Shown here one piece after another: positions 10,300 through 20,049 of a DNA stretch of 51,938 nt. The translations under genes and the position numbers were made by a program. The DNA is from an uncultured Gammaproteobacteria bacterium (GTDB taxonomy: Bacteria; Patescibacteriota; Microgenomatia; UBA8517): positions 1 to 51,938 of the forward strand of contig CAYQUL010000001.1 in assembly GCA_964420735.1 (NCBI GenBank). The letters are read 5' to 3'. Below the pieces are notes generated by a model that saw nothing but the letters and a program-made list of their open reading frames with translations, ran no database searches and was not told the origin of the DNA. Positions within the stretch are counted from its first letter, which is position 1. Every line of letters begins with the position of its first letter.

Positions 10300-11951
10300 A
10301 ATATCTACAGGCCCACAAAAATTCCTTTAAGTGGATACTCCTTGTTCTTGTTATTTCAGTTCCGACCTTTGCGCGGATGCTTAGGCCGGGAATTTACTCA
10401 ATGCAGGACTTCCCGTACTTTAGGGTTGTTGAATATACAAAATGTATACAAAATGGCAGTTTTCCTTGTCGCTGGGCGCCTGACGCTGGTCTTGGGTATG
10501 GCGAGCCAGTTTTTAATTTTTATTCCCATGTTCCTTTTTTCCTCGGTGCCGTAGTGTCAGAAGTTGTAGGTAACAGTGTCACCGCTGTAAAGGTTGTTTT
10601 TGCCTTCTCTTTGTTTGCCTCAGCACTTTCGATGTTTTTCTTAGCCAGAAACGTTTGGAAGAATAATTGGTCAGCACTTGTTTCCAGTGTTTTATATCTT
10701 TATGCCCCGTATCGGGCGGTAGATGTCTGGGTGAGAGGTGCACTTCCTGAATCTTTTGCATTTGTTTTGCTTCCTCTGATTTTGTTTTTCTTTGAAAAGT
10801 TTCGAGAAACTAAAAAAATTGTTTGGTTAGTTCTGTTAGTGGTGTCTCTGTCCAGCCTGATACTAACCCACAATCTTTCTGTTTTATTGTTTGGTGGTGT
10901 CATTGTAGTTTGGTTTGTTCAAGGACTCTTGAGTAGTCGAGACAAGAAAGTCACTCTTGCTGTCGCCTTTGCGGTATTGTTGTCTTTAACATTAAGTGCT
11001 TTTTATCTTTTTCCTGCGCTTTACGAGTCGCACCTTGTTAATCTTCAAACAACAACAACTGGATATTTTGATTTTCGTGCGCATTTTGTTACGGTTCCAC
11101 AACTTTTTATTTCACGTTTTTGGGGATATGGTGGGTCCACATGGGGTGCTGAAGATGGCTTAAGTGTATCAATTGGTCAAGTTCAAGCCATTGTACTAAC
11201 TATAACGCTTGTTGTTGCCTTTGTTAGTTTTGTTATGAAAAAAACAAAAACAAACGAAGCACGTACCTCGCTAATCTTGTCGCTCTTAGCGTTCTTTTTT
11301 CTTCTGTTAACTCACAACAAGTCTGCATTTATGTGGGAGGCATTGTCTCCAGTCATGAAATATATCCAGTTTCCTTGGCGCTTTTTAGGAGTGTCACTTT
11401 TTTGCTTAAGTCTTTCCGCAGGCTACATTATTAAAACAATAAGCACAAAAAAAATGGTGATTACTTCTATTTTAGTTTGTACACTAGCTGTTTTATTAAA
11501 CATGGCCTTCTTTAGGGAAGACTTGTGGTTTAATCGAAATGACCAGACGATGCAGTCTGGTGATATGTGGGTTGAACAAACAAGAGCTTCAATCGGTGAC
11601 TATTGGCCGATATATGGAAAGATACCAACAGACCCTGCACCAAACATATCGCAAATAAGTAATAAGCGTACGGATCGATTTTTGTTTACTGTAAACGAAG
11701 GTCAAAGCGAAGTTCATGTTCCCGTAGCGTATTTTCCCGGTTGGACAGCACGACTTAGTGATGCAGTCATTCAAACACATCCAAATAGTGATGGTCTCAT
11801 TACTTTTTATGCAAAAACCCCGGGAATTTATTCACTCCGCTTTGACAACACCACAATCCGTGAGTGGGGGAACGCAGTTTCACTTTTTTCATTTATGAGT
11901 TTACTCTGTATCTATAAGTTTTACCGGTATCAAGAAAAGAAAAATTCATGA
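10296..11951 (+). CDS. Polytopic membrane protein, PTPS-related-domain-like (PF10131-like), putative GT-C
   Basis: 'RWAPDAGLGYGEPVFNFYSHVPFFLG' resembles the conserved N-terminal block of the membrane 'PTPS-related' family. More than 10 TM helices plus a soluble C-terminal domain and a final TM. ATGA overlaps on both sides. Confidence 0.45.
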   Translation: MKYLQAHKNSFKWILLVLVISVPTFARMLRPGIYSMQDFPYFRVVEYTKCIQNGSFPCRWAPDAGLGYGEPVFNFYSHVPFFLGAVVSEVVGNSVTAVKVVFAFSLFASALSMFFLARNVWKNNWSALVSSVLYLYAPYRAVDVWVRGALPESFAFVLLPLILFFFEKFRETKKIVWLVLLVVSLSSLILTHNLSVLLFGGVIVVWFVQGLLSSRDKKVTLAVAFAVLLSLTLSAFYLFPALYESHLVNLQTTTTGYFDFRAHFVTVPQLFISRFWGYGGSTWGAEDGLSVSIGQVQAIVLTITLVVAFVSFVMKKTKTNEARTSLILSLLAFFFLLLTHNKSAFMWEALSPVMKYIQFPWRFLGVSLFCLSLSAGYIIKTISTKKMVITSILVCTLAVLLNMAFFREDLWFNRNDQTMQSGDMWVEQTRASIGDYWPIYGKIPTDPAPNISQISNKRTDRFLFTVNEGQSEVHVPVAYFPGWTARLSDAVIQTHPNSDGLITFYAKTPGIYSLRFDNTTIREWGNAVSLFSFMSLLCIYKFYRYQEKKNS

Positions 11952-13609
11952 AATATATACAAAAAAATTATCTATTGGTGTTAATTGCTGTGTTTGCCTT
12001 TCTTTTACGGGTAACAAACATTTCCACGCTTCCTCCTTCACTAAATTGGGATGAAATTTCGCATGGATATAACGCTTACTCAATCCTTAAGACCGGAACT
12101 GATGAGTGGGGAGTCTTACCACTTTCTAACTTTAGAGCATACGGAGATTATCCACTCACAGCTAACTTATACCTGACGGTTCCTTTTATCGCTATCTTTG
12201 GGTTAACTGAGTTTGCAATTCGATTTCCTCATGTACTTTTAGGCGTTGGTACAGTGATTGCCACTTATTTTTTAGCACTTGGTATTACAAAACAAAAACG
12301 AATTGCACTCCTTTCATCATTTCTAATTGCAATCGACCCTTGGACACTGTTTACCTCACGATTTGTATTACAAAGCAATCTTTCAGTATTTCTATTAGTA
12401 ACGGCTCTTGCCTGTTTTGTTCATTTCCGTTCAAAAGCAGTGATATCAATTTCTGTGTTTTTCTTGGGGTTAAGTTTATTTGCATATCACACCACTCGTA
12501 TCGTAACTCCGTTAATTGGTTTATGCCTGGTAATTCTCTACAAAGGCAAGGTTATTACCAAGTCAACAATCGTCATAAGTAGCCTTTTTTTGCTTGCACT
12601 GGGGGCAGTCTTACTTTCTGACTCCTCTCGCGCCAGAGCCAACGAAGTTTTCCTTTTAAACCCTGGCGTCATTGCGTCAATCGAAGCACAACGGAATGCA
12701 TCAACCCACTCACCGTTATTAACCAAAGTTTTATTTAACAGGCCGGTTTACTTAGTAACTCACGTGGTAAGAAACTACGTGGATTACTTCAGCCCACAGT
12801 TTTTATTTTTGTCAGGTGGCACCCAATACCAATTTAGTATTCCAGGGCATGGCTTAATGTATTGGATTTGGCTCCCATTTTTCTACTATGGTTTGATTTT
12901 GGTTTTAAAAAAAGGAATTGTGGAGAGAGACAAACTATATCTACTGTTGCTTTGCTGGTTATTAATTGCCCCTATCCCTGCAAGTATTACAACAGAGCGA
13001 ATGGCAGTACTCCGAGCAACCGCAATGTTGCCACTCCCAGAGCTTTTTGCAGCTATTGGCTTTTACGCTGTCTATGCAAAAATTGAAAAACATTTTAATA
13101 AAAAACGTGCGGCAATAGCCCTTATTGTGGCACTTTTTGTTTCTTTGTTATTGCTCTTTAGGTATCTGACAGTTTACTCAACCAGTTATATAACTAACTT
13201 CTCCTGGGCATGGCAGTATGGATATAAAGATGCTGTCTTGTTTGCCACGGATCACTATCAAGCTTATGACAAAATTATTGTTACTAAAAAATACGGCGAA
13301 CCACACGAGTTTTTCTTGTTTTACGGCAAGACAGACCCGGGGGTGTATAAAAGCGACGCAGCTTTAAACAGATATACTCAATCAAACTGGTGGTGGGTTG
13401 ATGGATTTGATAAATATCTCTTTGTGAATGATTGGCAAATACCCAAAAGCGGCAACTTGTTTGTTACAGAGAGCAAAAAAACATACGACTGTACATCAGA
13501 TCACTGTTTACTAATCACATCACCGTCAAATGCACCTACTAACTGGAAGCTTGTAAAAACGATATACTTCCTAGATAAGCAGCCGGCATTTGAATTGTAT
13601 GAAAATTAA
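11948..13609 (+). CDS. GT-C membrane glycosyltransferase, GT39/PMT_2-like, paralog 4 of 6
   Basis: 'LNWDEISHGYNAYSILKTGTDEWGVLP', 'AIDPWTLFTSR', 'YVDYFSPQFLFLSGG', 'YGEPHEFFLFYGKTDPGVY'. Confidence 0.85.
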   Translation: MKYIQKNYLLVLIAVFAFLLRVTNISTLPPSLNWDEISHGYNAYSILKTGTDEWGVLPLSNFRAYGDYPLTANLYLTVPFIAIFGLTEFAIRFPHVLLGVGTVIATYFLALGITKQKRIALLSSFLIAIDPWTLFTSRFVLQSNLSVFLLVTALACFVHFRSKAVISISVFFLGLSLFAYHTTRIVTPLIGLCLVILYKGKVITKSTIVISSLFLLALGAVLLSDSSRARANEVFLLNPGVIASIEAQRNASTHSPLLTKVLFNRPVYLVTHVVRNYVDYFSPQFLFLSGGTQYQFSIPGHGLMYWIWLPFFYYGLILVLKKGIVERDKLYLLLLCWLLIAPIPASITTERMAVLRATAMLPLPELFAAIGFYAVYAKIEKHFNKKRAAIALIVALFVSLLLLFRYLTVYSTSYITNFSWAWQYGYKDAVLFATDHYQAYDKIIVTKKYGEPHEFFLFYGKTDPGVYKSDAALNRYTQSNWWWVDGFDKYLFVNDWQIPKSGNLFVTESKKTYDCTSDHCLLITSPSNAPTNWKLVKTIYFLDKQPAFELYEN

Positions 13610-15266
13610 CAGAAGTGTTGTTGCACTCACCATAATTATTCTTCTCTCAGCCTTTTTAAGGTTTAATCTGTTAAGCAGTGTTCCACCACACCTGACACCT
13701 GATGAGGCTTCCCTGGGATACAATGCCTACTCAATTTTAAAAACAGGGCGTGATGAATATGGTCAGGTGCTCCCCTTAATTTTTAAGTCGTTTGGTGATT
13801 ACAAACCAGGGCTTTATGTATACGCCACAATTCCTTTTGTCGCCATCTTTGGGTTAAATGAGTTTGCAGTGCGAGCGGCAAGTGCCTTGAGTGGAGTGAT
13901 AGCAGTCTTTTTGATGTACTTTATTTCAAAAAAACTATTTTCCGAAAGCAAACATTTTTCTATTCCACTTATTTCAAGTTTGTTACTTGCAGTGTCACCT
14001 TGGCACATTATGTTTTCTCGTGGAGCTTGGGAAATTAATCTTTCGTTAACCTTAACGATGGTAGGTATTTATTTTTTTCTAAAATTCCCAACTAACATTA
14101 AAAATCTCTATTTTGCTGCATTCTTTTTTGCATTAACGCTTGCTACCTATCAAGGAGCAAAATTATCAACTGGCATTGTTGTTGTCATTTTGTTACTTAC
14201 TCATTTACCCCAGACTCGAAAAATACCAGTCAAGAGTTTTGTAATAGCCGCAGTTATCGGGATACTCGTCTCACTACCGATTATCACCAGTTTGTTTACC
14301 GGTAAATCAGGACGGCTGACTGTTTTTAGTGTCTTTTCGTACCCGAGAGCAGAAAGTTATATTACTCACTTTATTTCTGAGTCAGGTGTCGCACGAAACT
14401 CTGTTTCCTACTATCTCTATTATTCTGAGACACAAAACTTCGCTCGTGGAATTTTAGGAAGGTGGTTCAACCACTTTTCAGGAAGATTCTTGTTTTTTGA
14501 AGGTGACTGGGCAAATCCACGACATACGGCACCTAACCACGGGGTATTAAACCTTTTTGATATCGTTGTCTTTCCTGTTGGTATTTTTGCAATTGCCAAG
14601 AACTGGAGAAAAAAGCACGTAGTTCTTGTTGCCATCTGGTTACTTACGGCGTGTCTGCCTGCAGTCTTGTCTCGTGATCAAGTGCATGCGGTGCGTTCCT
14701 ACAATATGGTCATACCAGCTATATGGACAATTACTTTAGGATTGGAATATTTGCTAAATAGTGTAATTAACAGGAAAAAAGTTTTTTTAGCTGGAACACT
14801 TATTCTCTGCTACATCGCAGGCGTTATCTATTTTATAGACGCTTTCTTTATTCACATTCCCGCACATGCCTCAAAGCTGTGGGAATATGGATACAAGCAA
14901 ATAGTACAAACGGTTATGCCGCTTGAGTCACAGTATGACCATATCTATATTCAGCAAAGTTATTCCCAGCCGTACATCTATTTTCTGTTTTTTGAGAAAG
15001 TAGACCCTGCGACATATCAACAAGAAGCAAGACTAGCTGAAAGTGTCTCTGGGGATGTTGGTCAAGTTGCTAAGGTAGGAAAAATATCGTTTATCGATGT
15101 TGATTGGTCACGAGTTCGTGGAGAGAAGGGGAGTATTATTGTTGGGGATACACTTCACATACCGGTGAGTGACTCGAAAGAAGGAGCTGAATTTCATATC
15201 ATCAAAGAAATACCGTATGTTGATGGAAAAAATATCGCATTTCGCGTTATTGCAATTAAAAAATGA
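13599..15266 (+). CDS. GT-C membrane glycosyltransferase, GT39/PMT_2-like, paralog 5 of 6
   Basis: 'LTPDEASLGYNAYSILKTGRDEYGQVLP', 'AVSPWHIMFSRGAWE', 'YSQPYIYFLFFEKVDPATY'. ATG at 13599 is preferred over TTG 13590. Confidence 0.85.
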   Translation: MKINRSVVALTIIILLSAFLRFNLLSSVPPHLTPDEASLGYNAYSILKTGRDEYGQVLPLIFKSFGDYKPGLYVYATIPFVAIFGLNEFAVRAASALSGVIAVFLMYFISKKLFSESKHFSIPLISSLLLAVSPWHIMFSRGAWEINLSLTLTMVGIYFFLKFPTNIKNLYFAAFFFALTLATYQGAKLSTGIVVVILLLTHLPQTRKIPVKSFVIAAVIGILVSLPIITSLFTGKSGRLTVFSVFSYPRAESYITHFISESGVARNSVSYYLYYSETQNFARGILGRWFNHFSGRFLFFEGDWANPRHTAPNHGVLNLFDIVVFPVGIFAIAKNWRKKHVVLVAIWLLTACLPAVLSRDQVHAVRSYNMVIPAIWTITLGLEYLLNSVINRKKVFLAGTLILCYIAGVIYFIDAFFIHIPAHASKLWEYGYKQIVQTVMPLESQYDHIYIQQSYSQPYIYFLFFEKVDPATYQQEARLAESVSGDVGQVAKVGKISFIDVDWSRVRGEKGSIIVGDTLHIPVSDSKEGAEFHIIKEIPYVDGKNIAFRVIAIKK

Positions 15267-16903
15267 TTAAACCATTTCTAGTTAAGCACAAAATATTACT
15301 TGCTATTCTTCTCATTTCAACCGTATTGCGGTTTTATAACCTTGGCAATTTCCCTGCCTTTAACGCTGATGAAGCGGCTTTGGGATATAACGCTTACTCA
15401 CTACTTAAAACGGGCAAAGATGAGCACGGTAACCCGTGGCCGATACATTTCCAATCATTTAATGACTGGAAGCCGGGACTTACGGTGTATTTAGTCATGC
15501 CACTAGTTAGTGTCTTTGGATTAAACGAGTGGAGTGTAAGGGCGCTTCCCGCCGCGTTTGGGGTGATGACTGTTTTAGCCTTGTATTTACTAGTAAGTGA
15601 AATGACTGCTAATAAGAGAAAAGGACTTGCCTTGTCTGTTGCGTTTCTTCTTGCAGTGTCACCTTGGCATATTCACTTTTCTCGTGGTGCGTGGGAGGTA
15701 AACATTGCAACTGCATTTGTAACCTGGGGAATGCTGTTTTTATTTAAGTCTTTAAGAGACAAAAAATATCTGTATTTGGCTGTAATTGTTTTTGTCCTCT
15801 CGCTTTATACCTATCACGCAACAAGAATTGTAGCCCCTCTCCTTGTTTTTGGTTTCTTTATCTTCAATTTCAAAAAGATGGTTAAAAATTCGAAATATTT
15901 ATTTACTGCAATTTTCCTAGGCATATTACTTTGCATTCCACTTATTGTTGATATGGCAAAACCAGAGGCACTCTCTCGTGCAGCCGGTGTTGGCCTTTTT
16001 GCTGATCCTGGTCCTCGATCAAGAATAGAAGAACAAAGAGGTGAACACACAAACTTTCAAGGAATTGTACCAAAAATACTGCACAACAAAGCCGTAAATT
16101 ATGGCTTGGCATTTTTAGACAACTGGACTGCACATTTTCATGGAGAATTCCTTTTTCTCTCAGGAGATGAAATTCAACGTAACAGAGTACCTGAAACTGG
16201 TCAGCTGTATACCATAGAAATACTTTTCTTGTGTGTGAGTTTAGTTGTTCTTTCCAGTACTAATAAACTTTTTTCACGTAAGCCGATTTTACTCTGGCTT
16301 TTAGTTTCCCCAATTGCGGCAGCCCTTACCTTTCAGGCGCCTCACGCACTTCGTGCTCAAAATATGATAATTCCACTTACCTTTCTTTCTGGGTATGGAC
16401 TGTACTATCTCTGGAGTTACCCATTTGTCCGTAAACAGCTTATTTTGCTCACAAGAGTTGTACTTGTGGTCGTAATGGCGGTAAGTGTTAGTCGTTATTT
16501 GCTCATGTACTATGGACACATGTCTCAGGAATATTCTTATTCGTCACAATATGGTGTTAAAGAGCTGGTAAGCTATGTAAAAGGCAACAGTGACCGTTAT
16601 GAACATGTGCTTGTCACCGACCGTTATGACCAGCCATATATACTGTTCCTGTTTTACTTAAAATATCCGCCAGAACTTTTCCAAAAGGAAGGGAAATTAA
16701 CGGACAAAGATGGTTTTGGTTTTTCAACTGTACGAGCTTTCGGTAAATACGAATTCCGTTCAATAAAATTTGATGAAGATCGTCCTAAAGTCACAAATGC
16801 ATTGATTGCCGGGACTAAGGAGGAAATACCTGAAGAGGCTAATATTATTAAAGATATTTACGGGACAAACAAGTTTCTCTATTTTAGAGTCGTAGCTAAC
16901 TAA
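15263..16903 (+). CDS. GT-C membrane glycosyltransferase, GT39/PMT_2-like, paralog 6 of 6
   Basis: 'FNADEAALGYNAYSLLKTGKDEHGNPWP', 'AVSPWHIHFSRGAWE', 'YDQPYILFLFYLKYPPELF'. ATGA overlap with paralog 5. Confidence 0.85.
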   Translation: MIKPFLVKHKILLAILLISTVLRFYNLGNFPAFNADEAALGYNAYSLLKTGKDEHGNPWPIHFQSFNDWKPGLTVYLVMPLVSVFGLNEWSVRALPAAFGVMTVLALYLLVSEMTANKRKGLALSVAFLLAVSPWHIHFSRGAWEVNIATAFVTWGMLFLFKSLRDKKYLYLAVIVFVLSLYTYHATRIVAPLLVFGFFIFNFKKMVKNSKYLFTAIFLGILLCIPLIVDMAKPEALSRAAGVGLFADPGPRSRIEEQRGEHTNFQGIVPKILHNKAVNYGLAFLDNWTAHFHGEFLFLSGDEIQRNRVPETGQLYTIEILFLCVSLVVLSSTNKLFSRKPILLWLLVSPIAAALTFQAPHALRAQNMIIPLTFLSGYGLYYLWSYPFVRKQLILLTRVVLVVVMAVSVSRYLLMYYGHMSQEYSYSSQYGVKELVSYVKGNSDRYEHVLVTDRYDQPYILFLFYLKYPPELFQKEGKLTDKDGFGFSTVRAFGKYEFRSIKFDEDRPKVTNALIAGTKEEIPEEANIIKDIYGTNKFLYFRVVAN

Positions 16904-16904
16904 C

Positions 16905-17768
16905 ATGAAAACACTCTCTGTAGTTCTTGCAACCAGAAACGAAGAGGCAAATATTGCTAAGTGCCTAGCTTCTGTCAAAGCACTTGCTGATGAAATAATT
17001 ATTTTTGATGAACACTCAAGTGACAAAACACGCGAAATTGCTCGCTCTTTTGGAGCCAAGGTGTACGAAGTCGACCACGAGGCTATTTTTCATATCACCA
17101 AACAAAAGGCAATTAATAAAGCTACCTCAGACTGGATACTACAATTGGATGCAGATGAATTTCTTTCCCAAGAACTTTCAGAAGAAATTCAAGTGGTTTT
17201 AAGTATGACTGACAAGGAGATTCTTGAAAGGAGACCTGCAAACAAACAGTTATTTAGTCTCTTTTTACGACACCAAAAAGTGGTAGAACGGCGCGATGGA
17301 AACCTTGGAAAAAAAACAGGAGAGGTTGTTGCATTTTTTCTTCCTCGAAGAAATTTATTTATTGATGAACCACTTATTCACGCAGGGGTTTATCCAGACG
17401 GGGTGATTCGATTAATTAAACATGGTAAGGCACATCTGCCCGCCAAAAGTGTTCATGAGCAGATGGTTATCGAAGGGGAAGTCGCATGGCTTTTTTCTGA
17501 CCTTGTTCACAATGACTCTCCAACCTTAAGAAAGTACTTACAAAGAATGAACCGCTATACTGATTTGCGCGCAGCAGACCTTCACCAGGAACTAGCACCT
17601 AAAAGTCTTGTTTCCCTGCTTCAGAAAACTTTTATAGATTTACCTTTTCAATTTGGCTTAAGGTACCTTCGTCGACGTGGATATAAGGATGGAATTCGAG
17701 GGTTTTTGTGGTCACTTTTATCAGCTTGGCAATACCCTCTTGCGTATTACAAATACTACTTTAGGTGA
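16905..17768 (+). CDS. GT2 family glycosyltransferase (WaaE/KdtX-like architecture)
   Basis: 'LSVVLATRNEEANI', 'IIIFDEHSSDKT', 'LQLDADE'. Confidence 0.8.
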   Translation: MKTLSVVLATRNEEANIAKCLASVKALADEIIIFDEHSSDKTREIARSFGAKVYEVDHEAIFHITKQKAINKATSDWILQLDADEFLSQELSEEIQVVLSMTDKEILERRPANKQLFSLFLRHQKVVERRDGNLGKKTGEVVAFFLPRRNLFIDEPLIHAGVYPDGVIRLIKHGKAHLPAKSVHEQMVIEGEVAWLFSDLVHNDSPTLRKYLQRMNRYTDLRAADLHQELAPKSLVSLLQKTFIDLPFQFGLRYLRRRGYKDGIRGFLWSLLSAWQYPLAYYKYYFR

Positions 17769-17834
17769 CTTCTTAGTATAAAAACTTATATCAGACAAGG
17801 AAGTTTCGTGTTTAGTTTTTGTATCAGAAAAAAA

Positions 17835-17846
17835 CTAGTATACTAG
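17835..17846 (+). promoter_or_regulatory. Perfect 12-bp palindrome CTAGTATACTAG containing -10 box TATACT (17839-17844), 5 nt upstream of ATG 17850
   Basis: Read directly from the sequence in the 81-nt intergenic gap. Confidence 0.35.
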
Positions 17847-17849
17847 GGA

Positions 17850-18896
17850 ATGAAAATCGCAATTGATCGTGGTCCATTGGATAACCTAAATTCTACTCGA
17901 GGCGTAGGGGTTTACACTAAAAATTTACTTAAAGCCCTTGAGTTTCTCTCAAAATCTGAAAAATTTACAGTTGTGGCTATCGATGCGGAATCGGCAGATT
18001 TATCCGAGTATGACATTGTTCATTATCCTTATTTTGATTTCTTTCGTAATACCCTAAAACCTTCTCCACACGTTAAAACTGTGGTTACTATTCATGACAC
18101 TATTCCACTTCTTTATCCAAAGCACTACCCCGCAGGCATCAGAGGACGTTTGAATTTTAATTTTCAAAAAAGAGCTTTGCGTAACACAAGTCATGTGATC
18201 ACCGTGTCAGAGACTTCAAAAAAAGATATCGTACGTTTGCTTCCTGTTGCAGCAAATAAAGTTACTGCAATTTACGAAGGACCTACTGTTACTGATCGGA
18301 GAGTTACTCCACAAGAGATTAAAGAACTTCGAAAAAAGTACGATTTACCTGATAAATATATCTTGTATGTGGGAGATGTGAACTGGAACAAAAACCTTCA
18401 GTCTTTGTGTTTTGCAGCCACAAAGACAAAAACACATTTAGTTATCATCGGAAAGGCTGCTGTAAACACAGAATTTGATAAAACACACATCGAGAATCAA
18501 CCGTTAGTTGATTTACTTCAAAAATACGGATTAAGTCCATATATCCATCGCTTAGGTTATGTTGAGGAAGATTTAGCAGGCTTTTTTAAAGGTGCAGTGT
18601 GCTACTGTCAGCCATCTTTTTACGAAGGGTTTGGACTTCCCGTCCTTGATGCACTACTGCTTAATACCCCAGTCATTTGTGCAAAGACACAGGCATTAGT
18701 TGAGCTTTACGAGGGATGTGCATTGTTTTTTGATCCCCACAACCCTGATACTTTGGTAGACTCAATTAAACAGGTCTTAAAAGACCCAAAACAAAAAAAG
18801 TTAACCTCGACTGGTGCAAAAAGAGTCAAGAATTTTAGTTGGGGGCTAGCTGCGAAAAAAACATATGAGGTCTATAAAAAACTCCTTAACAATTGA
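17850..18896 (+). CDS. GT4 (GT-B, Glycos_transf_1) glycosyltransferase
   Basis: C-terminal 'QPSFYEGFGLPVLDALLLNTPVICAK' (E-x7-E region). Preceded by an 81-nt gap with a -10 box. Confidence 0.8.
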   Translation: MKIAIDRGPLDNLNSTRGVGVYTKNLLKALEFLSKSEKFTVVAIDAESADLSEYDIVHYPYFDFFRNTLKPSPHVKTVVTIHDTIPLLYPKHYPAGIRGRLNFNFQKRALRNTSHVITVSETSKKDIVRLLPVAANKVTAIYEGPTVTDRRVTPQEIKELRKKYDLPDKYILYVGDVNWNKNLQSLCFAATKTKTHLVIIGKAAVNTEFDKTHIENQPLVDLLQKYGLSPYIHRLGYVEEDLAGFFKGAVCYCQPSFYEGFGLPVLDALLLNTPVICAKTQALVELYEGCALFFDPHNPDTLVDSIKQVLKDPKQKKLTSTGAKRVKNFSWGLAAKKTYEVYKKLLNN

Positions 18897-20043
18897 ACGT
18901 TGGTCTGTTTCCTTCTATGCAATTTGGTTTGTTTCAGTTATTGTCGCTGCTTTTATTGCCACTCAAATACTTCCTAATCAATTTAACTATCTTGGAGGAG
19001 GACTCACAAACTATGTTAAGCACCCACTGTTCTGGGGATTTTCAAATTTCGATGGTGAGCACTATATCTCAATCGCTCGAGCAGGATACGCTCCATTACA
19101 ACATTTCTTTTTCCCGGTGTACCCATTTGCAATACGTTTTGTGTCCCAAATAGTTGGAGGCTCACTTTTTCAAGTAACTCTCTCAGGAGCACTTATTTCT
19201 ATAGTTTCCTCAATTCTTTTTTTCATTGGACTTATTAAGTTAATAAAAATTGACTACAGTCAAAAAATTTCTGAACTCACTCTTCTTCTATTAGTCACCT
19301 TCCCTGCCTCATTTTATTTTTTTGCGGTCTACACCGAGTCATTGTTTCTAGCACTTGCTGTATGGAGTTTTTATTTTGCAAGGAAAAAGAACTTTTTGGT
19401 TGCCGCGCTACTCGCTTCCATTGCGTCAGGTACCAAAGTTATTGGGTTTAGCCTTGGAGCAGCACTTTTAGTTGAGTTTATTTTGCAAAATTGGCCAATA
19501 AAAATTTCGTATGCATTTATTCAGAAAAATATAAAGTCACTTGTCGCCATTTTATTTTCATCCTCAGGGTTATTGCTGTATATGTTTTTTTTACAAAAGA
19601 GCACCGGAGACGCGTTGGTTTTTCTTCATAAAGTTGGCGTGTTTGGCGACCAAAGGTCATCAACACTAATTTTCTTACCTCAGGTTTTTTATCGCTACAT
19701 TTTTAAGATATTGCCAGTTGCTGGAAGCTATTGGCCGGCGATGTTTACTTCGGTAGTTGAGTTTCTAGTGGCCACACTTTTTTTGCTAATTCTCATTTTT
19801 TCCTTTAAAACCATGAGAAAAAGTTATTGGATATACACTTTTGTGGGATTTTTAGTTCCAACACTTGCTGGCAGTTTTTCCTCGCTTCCTCGTTATGTTA
19901 TTGTTTTGTTCCCCGCATTTATGTGGCTCGCTCTTTTTCTTGAGAAAAAACAAAAGAAATATCTCTATACTGTTGTTGGTGTGTTTATTGCAGTACAATT
20001 TGTTGCTTTAATGCTTTTTTTTAGGGGATATTGGTTTTCTTAA
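18865..20043 (+). CDS. GT-C membrane mannosyltransferase-like protein (PIG-V / Mannosyl_trans2-like)
   Basis: 'NFDGEHYISIARAGYAPLQHFFFPVYPFAIRF' matches the wD..hY..IA..GY...aFfPlyP signature. About 9-10 TM helices. Confidence 0.6.
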   Translation: MRSIKNSLTIERWSVSFYAIWFVSVIVAAFIATQILPNQFNYLGGGLTNYVKHPLFWGFSNFDGEHYISIARAGYAPLQHFFFPVYPFAIRFVSQIVGGSLFQVTLSGALISIVSSILFFIGLIKLIKIDYSQKISELTLLLLVTFPASFYFFAVYTESLFLALAVWSFYFARKKNFLVAALLASIASGTKVIGFSLGAALLVEFILQNWPIKISYAFIQKNIKSLVAILFSSSGLLLYMFFLQKSTGDALVFLHKVGVFGDQRSSTLIFLPQVFYRYIFKILPVAGSYWPAMFTSVVEFLVATLFLLILIFSFKTMRKSYWIYTFVGFLVPTLAGSFSSLPRYVIVLFPAFMWLALFLEKKQKKYLYTVVGVFIAVQFVALMLFFRGYWFS

Positions 20044-20049
20044 AAATTA

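Noticed and set aside
10037-10330. 97-aa ORF spanning the junction of paralog 3 and the PTPS-like gene.
   Set aside because: It is an out-of-frame overlap with two well-supported genes joined by ATGA, with no independent signals.
13986-15669. The shared 20-nt block between paralogs 5 and 6, considered as a possible mobile repeat or recombination site.
   Set aside because: It encodes the conserved LAVSPWH motif in frame in both genes, and the flanking DNA diverges. It is best explained by coding constraint or limited gene conversion, and it is reported under the paralog finding instead.
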